From positions 1-40,561 of the forward strand of contig CAYGDL010000002.1 of assembly GCA_964348545.1 (NCBI GenBank): a stretch of 40,561 nt of DNA, read 5' to 3'. Source of the DNA: an uncultured Alphaproteobacteria bacterium (GTDB taxonomy: Bacteria; Pseudomonadota; Alphaproteobacteria; UBA11222). Shown here one piece after another: positions 19,771 to 29,368 of the stretch. Position 1 is the first letter of the stretch. Each line of letters begins with the position of its first letter. The notes beneath the pieces were generated by a model. That model saw only the letters and a list, made by a program, of their open reading frames with translations, did no database searches and was not told where the DNA came from. The position numbers and the translations under genes are program-made.

Positions 19771-20213
19771 CCAGTGAGCCCTATTGGCGGCGAAAAACGC
19801 CGGCCCAGATGACCCCGCAAGAATGGGAAAGTCTCTGCGATGGGTGTGGAAAATGCTGTCTGGTGAAGCTTGAAGACGAAGACACAGGAAAAATTCATTA
19901 CACGGATGTTGCCTGCGCCTTGCTGGATATTGGCGCATGTCAGTGCAAGGATTACGGCAACCGCCAGAAACGCGTATCGGACTGCGTGACGCTTACGCCG
20001 GAGAATATTGATCATGTCAAACACTGGATGCCGTCCAGTTGCGCCTATAGGTTGCTGGCGGACGGCAAGCCCCTGCCCGCCTGGCACCATCTGGAATGCG
20101 GCGATCGTCAGGCCGTGCACCATGCTCAAAAATCCGTTCGCGGGCGATGCGTGACCGAAATGGGTATTGAGATTGACGACCTGCCCGCCCGAATTGTGCG
20201 CTGGCCACGCTAA
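19767..20213 (+). CDS. ycgN: YcgN-family (UPF0260) cysteine-cluster protein
   Basis: The start ATG at 19767 overlaps the upstream stop (ATGA). The strings [41 protein letters not shown]...ACQCKDY match the YcgN signature. Confidence 0.85.
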   Translation: [148 protein letters not shown]

Positions 20214-20246
20214 AGTGATTCGCTTGCGTTAAGCGTATGTAGTAAT

Positions 20247-20879
20247 ATGGCGTCATTACCCACTTTAGAAGAATGGGCCATGCGTAAACTGTCTGGCTTT
20301 CTGGCAGTCATCCTGGTCGCCCTGGGGGGCGGCTATCTGGCGTGGCCGGATCAATTCATGGCGCGCTGGAATGCGCTGGCCATCTCCGCTGAGCGCCAGC
20401 TTGCTGCGGAAATGGCAACCTTTGATCAGCTTATGTCCGGCAAACTGACACTTAACCCACCCTCTGGCAAGGGCAACGCGAACCCTCCGCTAACTATCGC
20501 CAAACCGGGACAGAATTCTTCGCCCCCCCCAAAACAGGCGAAACTGTCCGAATCTGTCAAACCGGCACGGGTGCCGGTCCCCGCAGCCACAGCCCTGGAC
20601 AAGCCCCCCCTTCAAAGCGGCGCGCCCATCATGGACGTTCCAACAGACGCGACGCCGGAAGCCGCCCTTGGCGCCATTCTCAAACATGAGGTGCGGGAGA
20701 ATCAGGCCAGGGAAGAAACCTTCTGGACGCAGGAGCGTATACAGGAAGCACTTAAAAATGGCGCCCCAAAATCGAGAAGCGCGCCCTGCATTGCATTCTG
20801 TGACAATGACAACACAACCATTGAAATTAATATGCCTAAACAGCCCGCTGAAAGCCCAAATAAACAATCAAGCCCGTAG
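20247..20879 (+). CDS. Hypothetical Pro-rich secreted/membrane-anchored protein
   Basis: 210-aa ORF with an N-terminal hydrophobic segment (LSGFLAVILVALGGGYLAW; ATG 20280 is an alternative start) and a low-complexity Pro/Ala/Ser middle. No family recognised. Contains C8 and C7 tracts. Confidence 0.5.
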   Translation: MASLPTLEEWAMRKLSGFLAVILVALGGGYLAWPDQFMARWNALAISAERQLAAEMATFDQLMSGKLTLNPPSGKGNANPPLTIAKPGQNSSPPPKQAKLSESVKPARVPVPAATALDKPPLQSGAPIMDVPTDATPEAALGAILKHEVRENQAREETFWTQERIQEALKNGAPKSRSAPCIAFCDNDNTTIEINMPKQPAESPNKQSSP

Positions 20880-21044
20880 CGCACCGCAGGATTAATCTCG
20901 CATTAATCGTTATGATATCAACATCTGAGCCTGCGTTAATGTTTTTATCGTTCTACTTGCTTTGCTTCTTGCCGTTTTACAGATAAGTTAACCATACACA
21001 TCTGTTAAACTTGGTATTAACATAAGTAAGATAACGATGGAGGC

Positions 21045-21728
21045 ATGCTGCGCCCGGGGGGGCCAGGGGCCTCTGTGCTTCGCAACATCGCGATAGGAAG
21101 AGTTACTTTGTTTATTTCACGTTCAAGAGGCCCACTGGCCTTTGCCGCGGGGTTGATGTTGTTAGCCCTGCTATCCGCCTGTTCAGGTTTGCCCGAAGCC
21201 TCCGGGGCCGCAGCGACAACCCCGGAAACAACCCCGAATTATATTATTGGGCCACGGGATTCCTTGCAGATATTCGTCTGGCGCAATCCTGAATTGACGA
21301 CCACTGTAACGGTCCGTCCGGATGGCAAGGTCACGGTTCCACTGATTGAAGATTTACATGCTGCGGGAAAGACCCCAACACTGCTAGCGCGAGAAATAGA
21401 AAAGCAGCTTGAGCAATATGTCCAAAGTCCGGTCGTGTCCGTGATTATGGGTGGTTTCGTTGGCCCGTTTGATCAACAGATCAGGGTGGTCGGAGAGGCC
21501 ACCAATCCACAGGCGATTCCGTTTAGCGAAAAGATGACCGCCCTTGATGTAATGATCGCTGTAGGCGGGTTGACGGAATTTGCTGCGGGCAACCGGGCGG
21601 TTCTGGTTCGCCAGGGCCAGGGCTCATTCCGGGTTCGCCTGGATGATTTAATCAAGGGCGGGGATGTAAGCGCCAATGTTCCTGTAATGCCGGGTGACGT
21701 TCTGATCGTCCCACAAAGCTGGTTCTAG
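21045..21728 (+). CDS. XrtA/PEP-CTERM system polysaccharide export lipoprotein (Wza-like, TIGR03027-type)
   Basis: Poly_export-type core YIIGPRDSLQIFVWRNPELTTTVTVRPDGKVTVPLIEDLHAAGKTPTLLAREIE, followed by a SLBB-like domain. Lipobox LLSAC. GGAGG is only 1 nt from ATG 21045. TTG 21108, with GGAAGAG 5 nt upstream, would give a clean lipoprotein signal (FISRSRGPLAFAAGLMLLALLSAC). Confidence 0.82.
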   Translation: MLRPGGPGASVLRNIAIGRVTLFISRSRGPLAFAAGLMLLALLSACSGLPEASGAAATTPETTPNYIIGPRDSLQIFVWRNPELTTTVTVRPDGKVTVPLIEDLHAAGKTPTLLAREIEKQLEQYVQSPVVSVIMGGFVGPFDQQIRVVGEATNPQAIPFSEKMTALDVMIAVGGLTEFAAGNRAVLVRQGQGSFRVRLDDLIKGGDVSANVPVMPGDVLIVPQSWF

Positions 21729-21842
21729 ATTTTTTGCGGCTGGAGGGGGCCTCTCTTCCAGCCACTTTCCGGAGGCTTATTTACCGATGACCAGCCAGCG
21801 TCGGCAAGGGCGAGCATCTAACATGGAATTCCAGTTGCCGTC

Positions 21843-23420
21843 ATGAACGAAATCATTGTTGAAATTCTGAGTTACGCCAAGGCGATGTGGCGCTATCGCT
21901 GGTTGTCCCTGATCGTCGCATGGGCCGTCAGCGTGCTTGGCTGGGGTTTTGTGATTATACTGCCCGACAAGTTTAAGTCCGAAGCACGTATCTATGTAGA
22001 TACGGGCAGCCTTCTCGCGCCTCTGTTAAAGGGTATCGCGATTGAATCCAATATTGCTCAGGAAGTAACGATTATGCAGCGTACGCTTCTCAGCCGTCCG
22101 AACCTGGAACAGGTTATGCGTATGAATGACCTGGATCTCACAACCTCCGCCCCGCACGAGGTCGAAGCCCTGCTTGCGCGCCTGGCCAGGGAGATCACCA
22201 TCACCGCGCCGACCCAAAATTTATTCAGTATAGCTTACAGCCATACAAATCCCCGACAGGCGCATTCAGTGGTACAATCCGTTTTGACCATCTTCGTCGA
22301 AAATAATCTCGGCCAGTCGCGCACTGACATGGAATCCGCACGAGGATTTATTGAAAAACAAATTGCAGAATATGAGCGCCAATTGCAGCAGGCCGAACAA
22401 CGCCGCGCCGAGTTCAAGGTCAAAAACGGTCAGTACCTTTTAAATGGCAGTTATGCTGCAAGACTCGAGGCCGGATTGACGGAGTTACGTACAGCCCAGG
22501 TGGCGTTGCAAGATGCCGAAATACGGCGCGACGAATTGACCCGTCAGCTTACGACGATTCCTGAACATGTTCAGGCGTCAGACGCGCTTCAAATTCTTGC
22601 CGACCGCCAGGGCGGAAATACGATCGAGGGGCGTATCGCCATGGCGGAACAAAATCTTGATAATCTGAAACTTCAATATACCGAGAAGCATCCGGACGTG
22701 CTTTCACTGCAGCGCCTGATTACCACTTTGAAAGCCCAGCGGGATAAAGAAGGACCCACCAGTGTCGGCAATGGCGTGTCAAATCCGCTTTTCGAGAATA
22801 TAAAACTAATGCTCGTCGAAACGGAAACGAATGTCGCCAGCCTGCATCGCCGGGTCACGGAAGCAGAACTTATGGTCGAAAAAAATCGGCAATTGGCAAA
22901 TACGGCGCCGCGCATCGAGGCCGAATTGGCGGATCTGGACCGCGACTATGAAGTGCTCAAAGGCAATTACGAAGAACTGCTGGCGCGTCGTGAATCCGCG
23001 CGCATTTCGCAAGCGCAGGAAGCTTCTGCCAGCGCCATCAAGTTCCGGGTAATTGATCCACCGCAGCTTCCGGTTACAGCCTCCTCTCCCAGCCGACCCG
23101 TGTTATATCTGCTTTCCCTTTTCGCCGGACTTGGTGCGGGTGGCGGGCTGGCGTTTCTTCTGGCCACGCTCAATGATAGCTTTGTTACAAGTACACAGCT
23201 TAGCAAGACCATGAACCTTCCCGTTCTTGGACGCATTTCTTTGCTTCTTAACGCGGCCGAGGAACTGAAAATTCGTCAGGATTACTGGAAATTTGGAATA
23301 GCGAGTGGTGGCCTAATGGCGTCCCTTTTTGTCATTGTGCTGATAGGACCGCGCCTTGTCAGCATTGCATCACGCATTGGCGACGGGTCATTCCTGTCTC
23401 TCTTCAGGGGATCTGTATAG
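21843..23420 (+). CDS. XrtA-system polysaccharide chain-length determinant (Wzz-like, TIGR03007-type)
   Basis: 525 aa. N-terminus is ...YAKAMWRYRW followed by a TM helix. A long coiled-coil periplasmic region follows, then a C-terminal TM (VLYLLSLFAGLGAGGGLAFLLA). Its position is directly before the autokinase gene. Confidence 0.82.
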   Translation: MNEIIVEILSYAKAMWRYRWLSLIVAWAVSVLGWGFVIILPDKFKSEARIYVDTGSLLAPLLKGIAIESNIAQEVTIMQRTLLSRPNLEQVMRMNDLDLTTSAPHEVEALLARLAREITITAPTQNLFSIAYSHTNPRQAHSVVQSVLTIFVENNLGQSRTDMESARGFIEKQIAEYERQLQQAEQRRAEFKVKNGQYLLNGSYAARLEAGLTELRTAQVALQDAEIRRDELTRQLTTIPEHVQASDALQILADRQGGNTIEGRIAMAEQNLDNLKLQYTEKHPDVLSLQRLITTLKAQRDKEGPTSVGNGVSNPLFENIKLMLVETETNVASLHRRVTEAELMVEKNRQLANTAPRIEAELADLDRDYEVLKGNYEELLARRESARISQAQEASASAIKFRVIDPPQLPVTASSPSRPVLYLLSLFAGLGAGGGLAFLLATLNDSFVTSTQLSKTMNLPVLGRISLLLNAAEELKIRQDYWKFGIASGGLMASLFVIVLIGPRLVSIASRIGDGSFLSLFRGSV

Positions 23421-23421
23421 T

Positions 23422-24387
23422 ATGGCTGATGAAAGCAAACGGCTGGATCTCGCCCAACGTGTCGCTGAAAGGCTACGCGCGGCTGGCGGCGCGGCGACGC
23501 CAGCGCCAGTCATCCCGGCGCCCAAAGCGCCTGCCCCGGCTTACCCGATATCGGGCGCCCTCGCGTCAGAGCGCCCTTTAACAGACGCACCGGTACAGGC
23601 GGGACGAACAGTGCTCCCACCCGCAGACCCGAATGATCCCCGCTTCCTGCATATTGACCTGCAGAAACTTTATAGCGAGGGCTATGTTTCGCCCGACGGG
23701 CTAAGCAATCGCATCGCGGAAGAGTTTCGGGTGATCAAGCGTCCGCTTCTGCTAAACGCGTTCCCACGCACCGGTGTCAAAACTCCCAAAAGCCATGTAA
23801 TTATGATTACCAGCGCAAAGCCCAGCGAGGGAAAAACCTTTACTTCGATTAATCTGGGCATGAGCATTGCGTCCGAGCCGGACCTCAATGTCCTGCTGAT
23901 AGATACCGATAGTCATAATCAGGATATGGAAGAACGGTTGGGGATTAAGGATCGCCCCGGCTTGCTGGATGTCCTTGCGGGCGACGATCTGTCCTTTTCC
24001 GATGTTATCCTGCGCACCAATATTCCAAACTTTTCGGTTGTACCGTGTGGGCAGCGTCATTCGATGGAAACCGAACTTCTCGCCAGCCAGCGCATGGTGG
24101 ACATGGTCGACGACATCGCACGGCGCTATCCGGATCGTATCGTCATTTTTGATACGGTTCCCGCCCTTGCCAGCAGTGTCGCTGGCGTTCTAGCGCTACA
24201 TGTGGGGCAAGTTGTCCTTGTGATCGAGGCGGAAAGCACCCAGCGCCAGGCGGTTGAAGATGCGGTTGCGCTTGTAAGCGGCTGCAAGAATGTCAGTCTT
24301 ATTCTTAATAAATGCCGATATCAGGATTCCGGTGGATTTGGCTCTTACGGTTATTATGGCTATGAAGGCAAGTTGAAAAACATGTAA
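23422..24387 (+). CDS. XrtA-associated tyrosine autokinase (BY-kinase, TIGR03018-type)
   Basis: I place the start at ATG 23422, 1 nt after the upstream stop (the track ORF begins at 23356). Walker A-like ITSAKPSEGKTFTS, Walker B-like LLIDTD, and a C-terminal Tyr cluster SYGYYGYEG. Confidence 0.85.
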   Translation: MADESKRLDLAQRVAERLRAAGGAATPAPVIPAPKAPAPAYPISGALASERPLTDAPVQAGRTVLPPADPNDPRFLHIDLQKLYSEGYVSPDGLSNRIAEEFRVIKRPLLLNAFPRTGVKTPKSHVIMITSAKPSEGKTFTSINLGMSIASEPDLNVLLIDTDSHNQDMEERLGIKDRPGLLDVLAGDDLSFSDVILRTNIPNFSVVPCGQRHSMETELLASQRMVDMVDDIARRYPDRIVIFDTVPALASSVAGVLALHVGQVVLVIEAESTQRQAVEDAVALVSGCKNVSLILNKCRYQDSGGFGSYGYYGYEGKLKNM

Positions 24388-24607
24388 TCCCCATCGAGAA
24401 TACTTGATTTCACTGGTAATTCCGGCGGTAACTATAATACAAGATGTTGAAATAGGGTATTTCCCGGATCAAGATTAAGTCGGTTGGGGGCAAGAGTCTG
24501 GGCATTAGATGTTGAGGTCTGGAATAGACAAGTTTGCCTCGTTCATGCGTCGACCGCGCCAGACAGTGTGTGAATTGTCCATTATCCGCAAAACCCCCTT
24601 CGTGGCC

Positions 24608-26179
24608 ATGCGCATTTTTTCTGGCATGATAGCCTGCCTATTGTCTGTCACGCCTGAATTTGCGCTGAGCGCCACTATTCGAATTACCCCCACCGCAGAT
24701 ATTTCCGAAAGTTATACAGATAATGTGCGCTCTGTTAGTGAAGGGGCCGAATCCGACCTGATTACCCAGACCCAGGTGGGCGTGAATTTCACAGCGGATG
24801 GAAACCGGCTAAATCTCAATCTCAACGTCGGCGCTGTTCACGACTATTATCTTGAGACGGACGGCCTGAATGGCCTTCGTCCCAAAGCGTTAGGCAATGG
24901 TGACATCGAGTTATGGAAAGATCATTTTTTCATCAGCAGCAGCGTCAGCATGAGTGAAACATCGACGCAAAGCGACGGTGCGCAGTCGGCCACGGATCGT
25001 TCCTTGCCAACGAACCGCACTCAGGTGCTATTATTCGATGTGTCCCCGCGACTGGTCGGACAGATGGGGCGCATGCTTGAAGCGACCCTGAAATATAGTC
25101 ATTCCGAATCCATCTTTTCCAACCCGGCTTCGGGCGTGTCGGCGGCGGCGCCTCTTACGGCCACTCCCCTCACGCCTAATCCGTTGACGAACCAGGGTGG
25201 AAATCAAAAATCAGATGATATTTCCCTGTCGCTGGACACGGGAAAATATTTTTCCAGGATCAGTTCGCAACTCGATCTGGAAAAATCAACGACAAAAAGC
25301 TCCGGCCAATCCAAGCAAACCGACGACAGAATCGATTTGGTGAATGAATATCAGATCAACCGTCAGGTCGCTCTGATTTCCCGTATGGGTTACGAAGATA
25401 CAAGCAGTGGCAGCGGCGGCGCGACAAACTCAAACCTCTCTAACTCTGGCGCCACGGGCGCGCTTGGTGTTCACCTGAAACCCGGCCCCAGAATGGATTT
25501 TCGCACGGAATATGGACGCAAATATGGCGATCCAAATCTGTCTGCAAATCTGAGCTATAAGATATCATCCTTCTATACGCTGAATGCATCCTTTCAACAG
25601 TCGGTGACCAATCAAAACGCAACGCGCCGCAATCAGCTTGATCGCTTAATTGTCGGACCTGACGGCGCGCTGGTTGATCCCTTTTCAGGGTCCACCAGGG
25701 ATCCCGCATTCTCCAACTTTGATCTGAATAATGGGGCCTTCCGGCAGGATCTGTTTCAAATGGGTCTGTCGGGGGTGTTTGGTCGCAATACAATTAATCT
25801 GGGGGCCGATCTGACCAGCCGTGATTCTGGCCAGCCAAACTCCAAAAGAGATGAACTGGGAGTAAACCTGAATTTATCGCGGCGTTTGCAACCACGCCTC
25901 ACCGGCGATGTCGGGTTTAATTTTTCCGATACGCTTGGCAGCAACCAGGCCACCACCGGCCTTGCCCCCATTGCGCCGATAATTAATCCAGGCGTTGGCC
26001 CAGGAAATTTGGGCACATCCGGTGATCAAACAAGCTATGGAGGGAACGCCAGTCTCAGCTATCAGATGGGTAAGGCGCTTAACTCCAGCCTCGAATATAA
26101 CTATTTGCTACGCAAGCTTGGCGCCGGAGGAGACATTTCCGAGAATACCCTTACACTTGGAATTCAGGCCCGTTTTTGA
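24608..26179 (+). CDS. PEP-CTERM-system-associated outer membrane beta-barrel protein (TIGR03016-type)
   Basis: I place the start at ATG 24608, giving the signal peptide MRIFSGMIACLLSVTPEFALSA. The composition is Ser/Thr/Asn/Gly-rich with alternating beta-strand patterns and a terminal ...GIQARF (C-terminal Phe). The position in the cassette matches the known gene order. Confidence 0.72.
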   Translation: MRIFSGMIACLLSVTPEFALSATIRITPTADISESYTDNVRSVSEGAESDLITQTQVGVNFTADGNRLNLNLNVGAVHDYYLETDGLNGLRPKALGNGDIELWKDHFFISSSVSMSETSTQSDGAQSATDRSLPTNRTQVLLFDVSPRLVGQMGRMLEATLKYSHSESIFSNPASGVSAAAPLTATPLTPNPLTNQGGNQKSDDISLSLDTGKYFSRISSQLDLEKSTTKSSGQSKQTDDRIDLVNEYQINRQVALISRMGYEDTSSGSGGATNSNLSNSGATGALGVHLKPGPRMDFRTEYGRKYGDPNLSANLSYKISSFYTLNASFQQSVTNQNATRRNQLDRLIVGPDGALVDPFSGSTRDPAFSNFDLNNGAFRQDLFQMGLSGVFGRNTINLGADLTSRDSGQPNSKRDELGVNLNLSRRLQPRLTGDVGFNFSDTLGSNQATTGLAPIAPIINPGVGPGNLGTSGDQTSYGGNASLSYQMGKALNSSLEYNYLLRKLGAGGDISENTLTLGIQARF

Positions 26180-26356
26180 AGCTGACCGGTTCAGTCTATT
26201 TTCATAATCCTTCAGTTTTCGTCGGAAACTTTTAGAGTATTTTCAGGCTCTGCATTTATCTTTCCGTGCAATGGGTTTCAAAGGCGACTATGTAACATCT
26301 ATGAGGTGGTGCAAATGCTGTTCGATCCGCGCGTCCACACATATCCGGGTATTTGA

Positions 26357-27394
26357 ATGTACGAGGAATTTTATCGTCTCAGCATGTTGCCGTTTCAGTT
26401 AACCCCTGACCATCGCTTCTTTTTTGGTAGCGATGTGCACAAAAGGGCAATGGCGCATCTGGAGTTTGGGCTTAGCCAGGGCGAAGGCTTTATCGTCATC
26501 ACCGGTGAGGTTGGCTCGGGAAAAACCACCCTGATCCGTCATTTGCTTGCCCAGATTGAGGGCGCATCAAATTTCGTCGCCGCCAATATGACCAGCACCA
26601 AGCTGGAGGGTGACGATATTGTCCGCATGACGGCCATCAACTTTGGCATAAATGCCGGTGAGCGCGACAAGGCCGGGATACTTCATGATCTGGAAGCCCA
26701 TCTGGTGCAAATTCATAAACGCGGCGCACGCGCCGTTCTCATCGTTGATGAAGCGCAAAACCTGTCCATTTCGGCACTGGAAGAATTGCGTATGTTTGCC
26801 AATTTCCAGTATGGGTCATCGGCCGTATTACAGGTCATCATGGTTGGCCAGCCCGAATTTCGCACGACCATCGGCATGCAGCAATTTGATCCGCTGCGTC
26901 AGCGTATTCTGGCGTCATTTCATATAGACCCCTTAAGCGAGACTGAAACCCGGAATTATGTCACTCACCGGCTACAGGCGGCGGGCTGGCGGGACGATCC
27001 CCAAATTACAGACGCCGCATTCAGGGAAATTTATGCACACAGCGGCGGTGTGCCACGGCGTATCAATACTTTATGCGCCCGTGTACTGCTGTTTGGTTTC
27101 ATTGAAGAGCGGCACATGATTGATGCTGAAGAGGTATATCGCGTAGCAATGGACCTGGACGCGGAACGCAAGTCCGTTGTCGCAGCGCCCGATCAGATCG
27201 ATGGCAACGCCACACACACCCCCGCCTACGCCATAGTGGATCCGGTGGCCGCGTCCGTGGCAATGGATGGATATGCTGCAATGCTGCAACGCCTGGAAGT
27301 GCGGCTTGATACGCTGGAGCGCAAGCTCAATCGAAATGACAAATTGCTGAAAAAGATGTCCATCGCCATCGGCGCTTCCGCGCGTCAGGAATAG
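26357..27394 (+). CDS. XrtA/PEP-CTERM-system-associated AAA ATPase (ExeA-like, TIGR03015-type)
   Basis: N-terminus MYEEFYRLSMLPFQLTPDHRFFF, Walker A GEVGSGKT, Walker B LIVDEAQNL. An in-frame stop lies directly before the ATG, so the start is fixed. Confidence 0.85.
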   Translation: MYEEFYRLSMLPFQLTPDHRFFFGSDVHKRAMAHLEFGLSQGEGFIVITGEVGSGKTTLIRHLLAQIEGASNFVAANMTSTKLEGDDIVRMTAINFGINAGERDKAGILHDLEAHLVQIHKRGARAVLIVDEAQNLSISALEELRMFANFQYGSSAVLQVIMVGQPEFRTTIGMQQFDPLRQRILASFHIDPLSETETRNYVTHRLQAAGWRDDPQITDAAFREIYAHSGGVPRRINTLCARVLLFGFIEERHMIDAEEVYRVAMDLDAERKSVVAAPDQIDGNATHTPAYAIVDPVAASVAMDGYAAMLQRLEVRLDTLERKLNRNDKLLKKMSIAIGASARQE

Positions 27395-27399
27395 GCGTC

Positions 27400-28341
27400 A
27401 TGGCCTCACCCCCGTTGCATCCCGCACAAACCCCTTATCATGTTCCACATTTCGTCGCCCCCCTGGCCGGGGGACGGGTCTGTAACGCCATGTCGATTGA
27501 TGTCGAAGATTATTTTCAGGTGCAGGCATTTGACGGCCAGGTTCGCCGTGATGACTGGGAAACTCTGGAGTGGCGCTTTGTCGCCAATACAAATCATATT
27601 CTGGATATGCTGGCCCAGGAAAACATCAAGGCGACATTCTTTACGCTTGGCTGGATCGCGCAGCGCGCTAAACCCCTGATCCGCCGTATGGCGGATGAAG
27701 GCCACGAGGTCGCCAGCCACGGCATGGCGCATTTTCGCGCCGACGAACAGACACCGGAAGCCTTTCGCCGGGATATTTCAGAAGCCAAAGCCATTCTTGA
27801 GGATGCCGGCGGTATGGCTGTCACCGGCTACCGGGCGGCAACCTTTTCCATTGGGGCGCGCAATATGTGGGCCTTTGATGTGCTTGCGGAGGAAGGATAC
27901 CATTATTCATCCAGCATCAATCCCGTGCAACATGATCTATATGGCCTTCCGGACGCCCCGCGTGGCCCATTTTATCCGCGTCCCGATCACGCCATTCCAG
28001 AAATTCCCATCACGACGGTGCAGGCATTTGGCCGCAACATGCCATTTGGTGGCGGCGGGTTTTTCCGGTTGCTGCCATACCCGGTCTTTCGATGGGGATT
28101 GCGGCGGGTAAATGACGCCGACCGGATGGCCTGTATTTATTATATGCATCCGTGGGAAATTGATCCGGAACAGCCCCGCATCATCGGCGCCCCGTTAAAA
28201 AGCCGTATACGTCATTATCTTAATCTGAACCGGACAGAGCCAAGATTGCGGCAATTACTGAAAGATTTTGCCTGGGATCGGGTGGATCATGTGTATGCGG
28301 CGCTACTGCCCCACAGGACAGAGCAAAACACCAATGACTGA
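27400..28341 (+). CDS. XrtA-system polysaccharide deacetylase (TIGR03006-type)
   Basis: MSIDVEDYFQV, TFFTLGW and ASHGMAH are carbohydrate-esterase-4-like motifs. The C-terminal extension is typical of this subfamily. Confidence 0.85.
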   Translation: MASPPLHPAQTPYHVPHFVAPLAGGRVCNAMSIDVEDYFQVQAFDGQVRRDDWETLEWRFVANTNHILDMLAQENIKATFFTLGWIAQRAKPLIRRMADEGHEVASHGMAHFRADEQTPEAFRRDISEAKAILEDAGGMAVTGYRAATFSIGARNMWAFDVLAEEGYHYSSSINPVQHDLYGLPDAPRGPFYPRPDHAIPEIPITTVQAFGRNMPFGGGGFFRLLPYPVFRWGLRRVNDADRMACIYYMHPWEIDPEQPRIIGAPLKSRIRHYLNLNRTEPRLRQLLKDFAWDRVDHVYAALLPHRTEQNTND

Positions 28342-29365
28342 GATAAAATTGTTGAATGACGCCAGCGAAGCGGCGTGGGAAAATTTTGTTGCGGCCTGCC
28401 CCGAAGCAAGTTTTTTTCACAAGGCCGGGTGGGCGCGGGTGATCGAAAAAAGTTTTGGCCAGCGCCCTTACTTTCTATTCGCGGAAATGGGTGGCGAAAT
28501 TCAGGCGATCCTTCCCCTCATACATGTCAAAAGCAGGCTATTCGGGTCTGGTCTGATTTCAACAGCCTTCACTGTTGGCGGCGGCACGGCGGCGCAAAAT
28601 GAAACGGCGCGCCAGGCGCTTGACCAACATGCACAGGGCCTGTGCGCCGATCTTGGCGCCGCCTATATCGAATATCGCGGGGTAAGCCAGGTCCCCGTGG
28701 GATGGGTTCAGCGCGATGATCTGTACGCCTCTTTTGTATGGGAGATTGCCGCAAAAGAGGAAGACAATCTCCAGCAGATACCGCGCAAACAAAGAGCCGT
28801 CGTGCGCAAGGCGATTGATCTCGATCTGGAATGTTCAATTGACAGTTCTGCGGATAATTTTTTTGCGCTGTTTTCCGCGAGTGTGCATCGTCTTGGCACA
28901 CCCGTTCAGAGCAAACGCTATTTTACCAATTTGTTGCAGGAATTTGGCCCGGACGAATGTGATATATTGACGATTTCGGCAGATGGGCAACCCATGAGCA
29001 GTGTACTGAGTTTTTATTTCAGGGGCGCCGTTCTACCCTATTTCACGGGAGGCGCCCTTGCCGCCCGCCAGTATGGCGCCAACGATCTGATGTATTGGCG
29101 CCTGATGCGCCGCGCGCACCAGCGCGGCTACGCCATATTTGACTTTGGCCGCAGCAAGGTTGGAACAGGCCCTTATAGTTTCAAGAAAAACTGGGGGTTC
29201 ACGCCAGTGCCCATTACACATGCCTATTATTTACCGGATGGCGGACAGCCGCCCAACACCAACCCCACCAATCCGAAATATGAATTGCTGATCAAGGCAT
29301 GGCAGCGCATGCCGCTCGCTTTGGCAAATCTGATCGGCCCCCATATTATCCGGGGCATCGGCTGA
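28334..29365 (+). CDS. FemAB-family PEP-CTERM-system-associated protein (TIGR03019-type)
   Basis: ATG 28334 overlaps the deacetylase stop by 8 nt (ATGACTGA). N-terminus is MTEIKLLNDASEAAWENFVAACPEASFFHKAGW. FemAB/GNAT-like fold motifs (YYFRGAVLPYFTGG, FDFGRS...YSFKKNWGF). Confidence 0.83.
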   Translation: MTEIKLLNDASEAAWENFVAACPEASFFHKAGWARVIEKSFGQRPYFLFAEMGGEIQAILPLIHVKSRLFGSGLISTAFTVGGGTAAQNETARQALDQHAQGLCADLGAAYIEYRGVSQVPVGWVQRDDLYASFVWEIAAKEEDNLQQIPRKQRAVVRKAIDLDLECSIDSSADNFFALFSASVHRLGTPVQSKRYFTNLLQEFGPDECDILTISADGQPMSSVLSFYFRGAVLPYFTGGALAARQYGANDLMYWRLMRRAHQRGYAIFDFGRSKVGTGPYSFKKNWGFTPVPITHAYYLPDGGQPPNTNPTNPKYELLIKAWQRMPLALANLIGPHIIRGIG

Positions 29366-29368
29366 CAT

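Noticed and set aside
21824-21838. Sigma-54-like match TGGAATTCCAGTTGC with correct GG/GC spacing, just before the chain-length determinant gene.
   Set aside because: The -12 element is only about 5 nt from ATG 21843, so transcription would begin inside the gene. The N-terminus from 21843 matches the family's conserved beginning (...WRYRW). It is likely a chance match.
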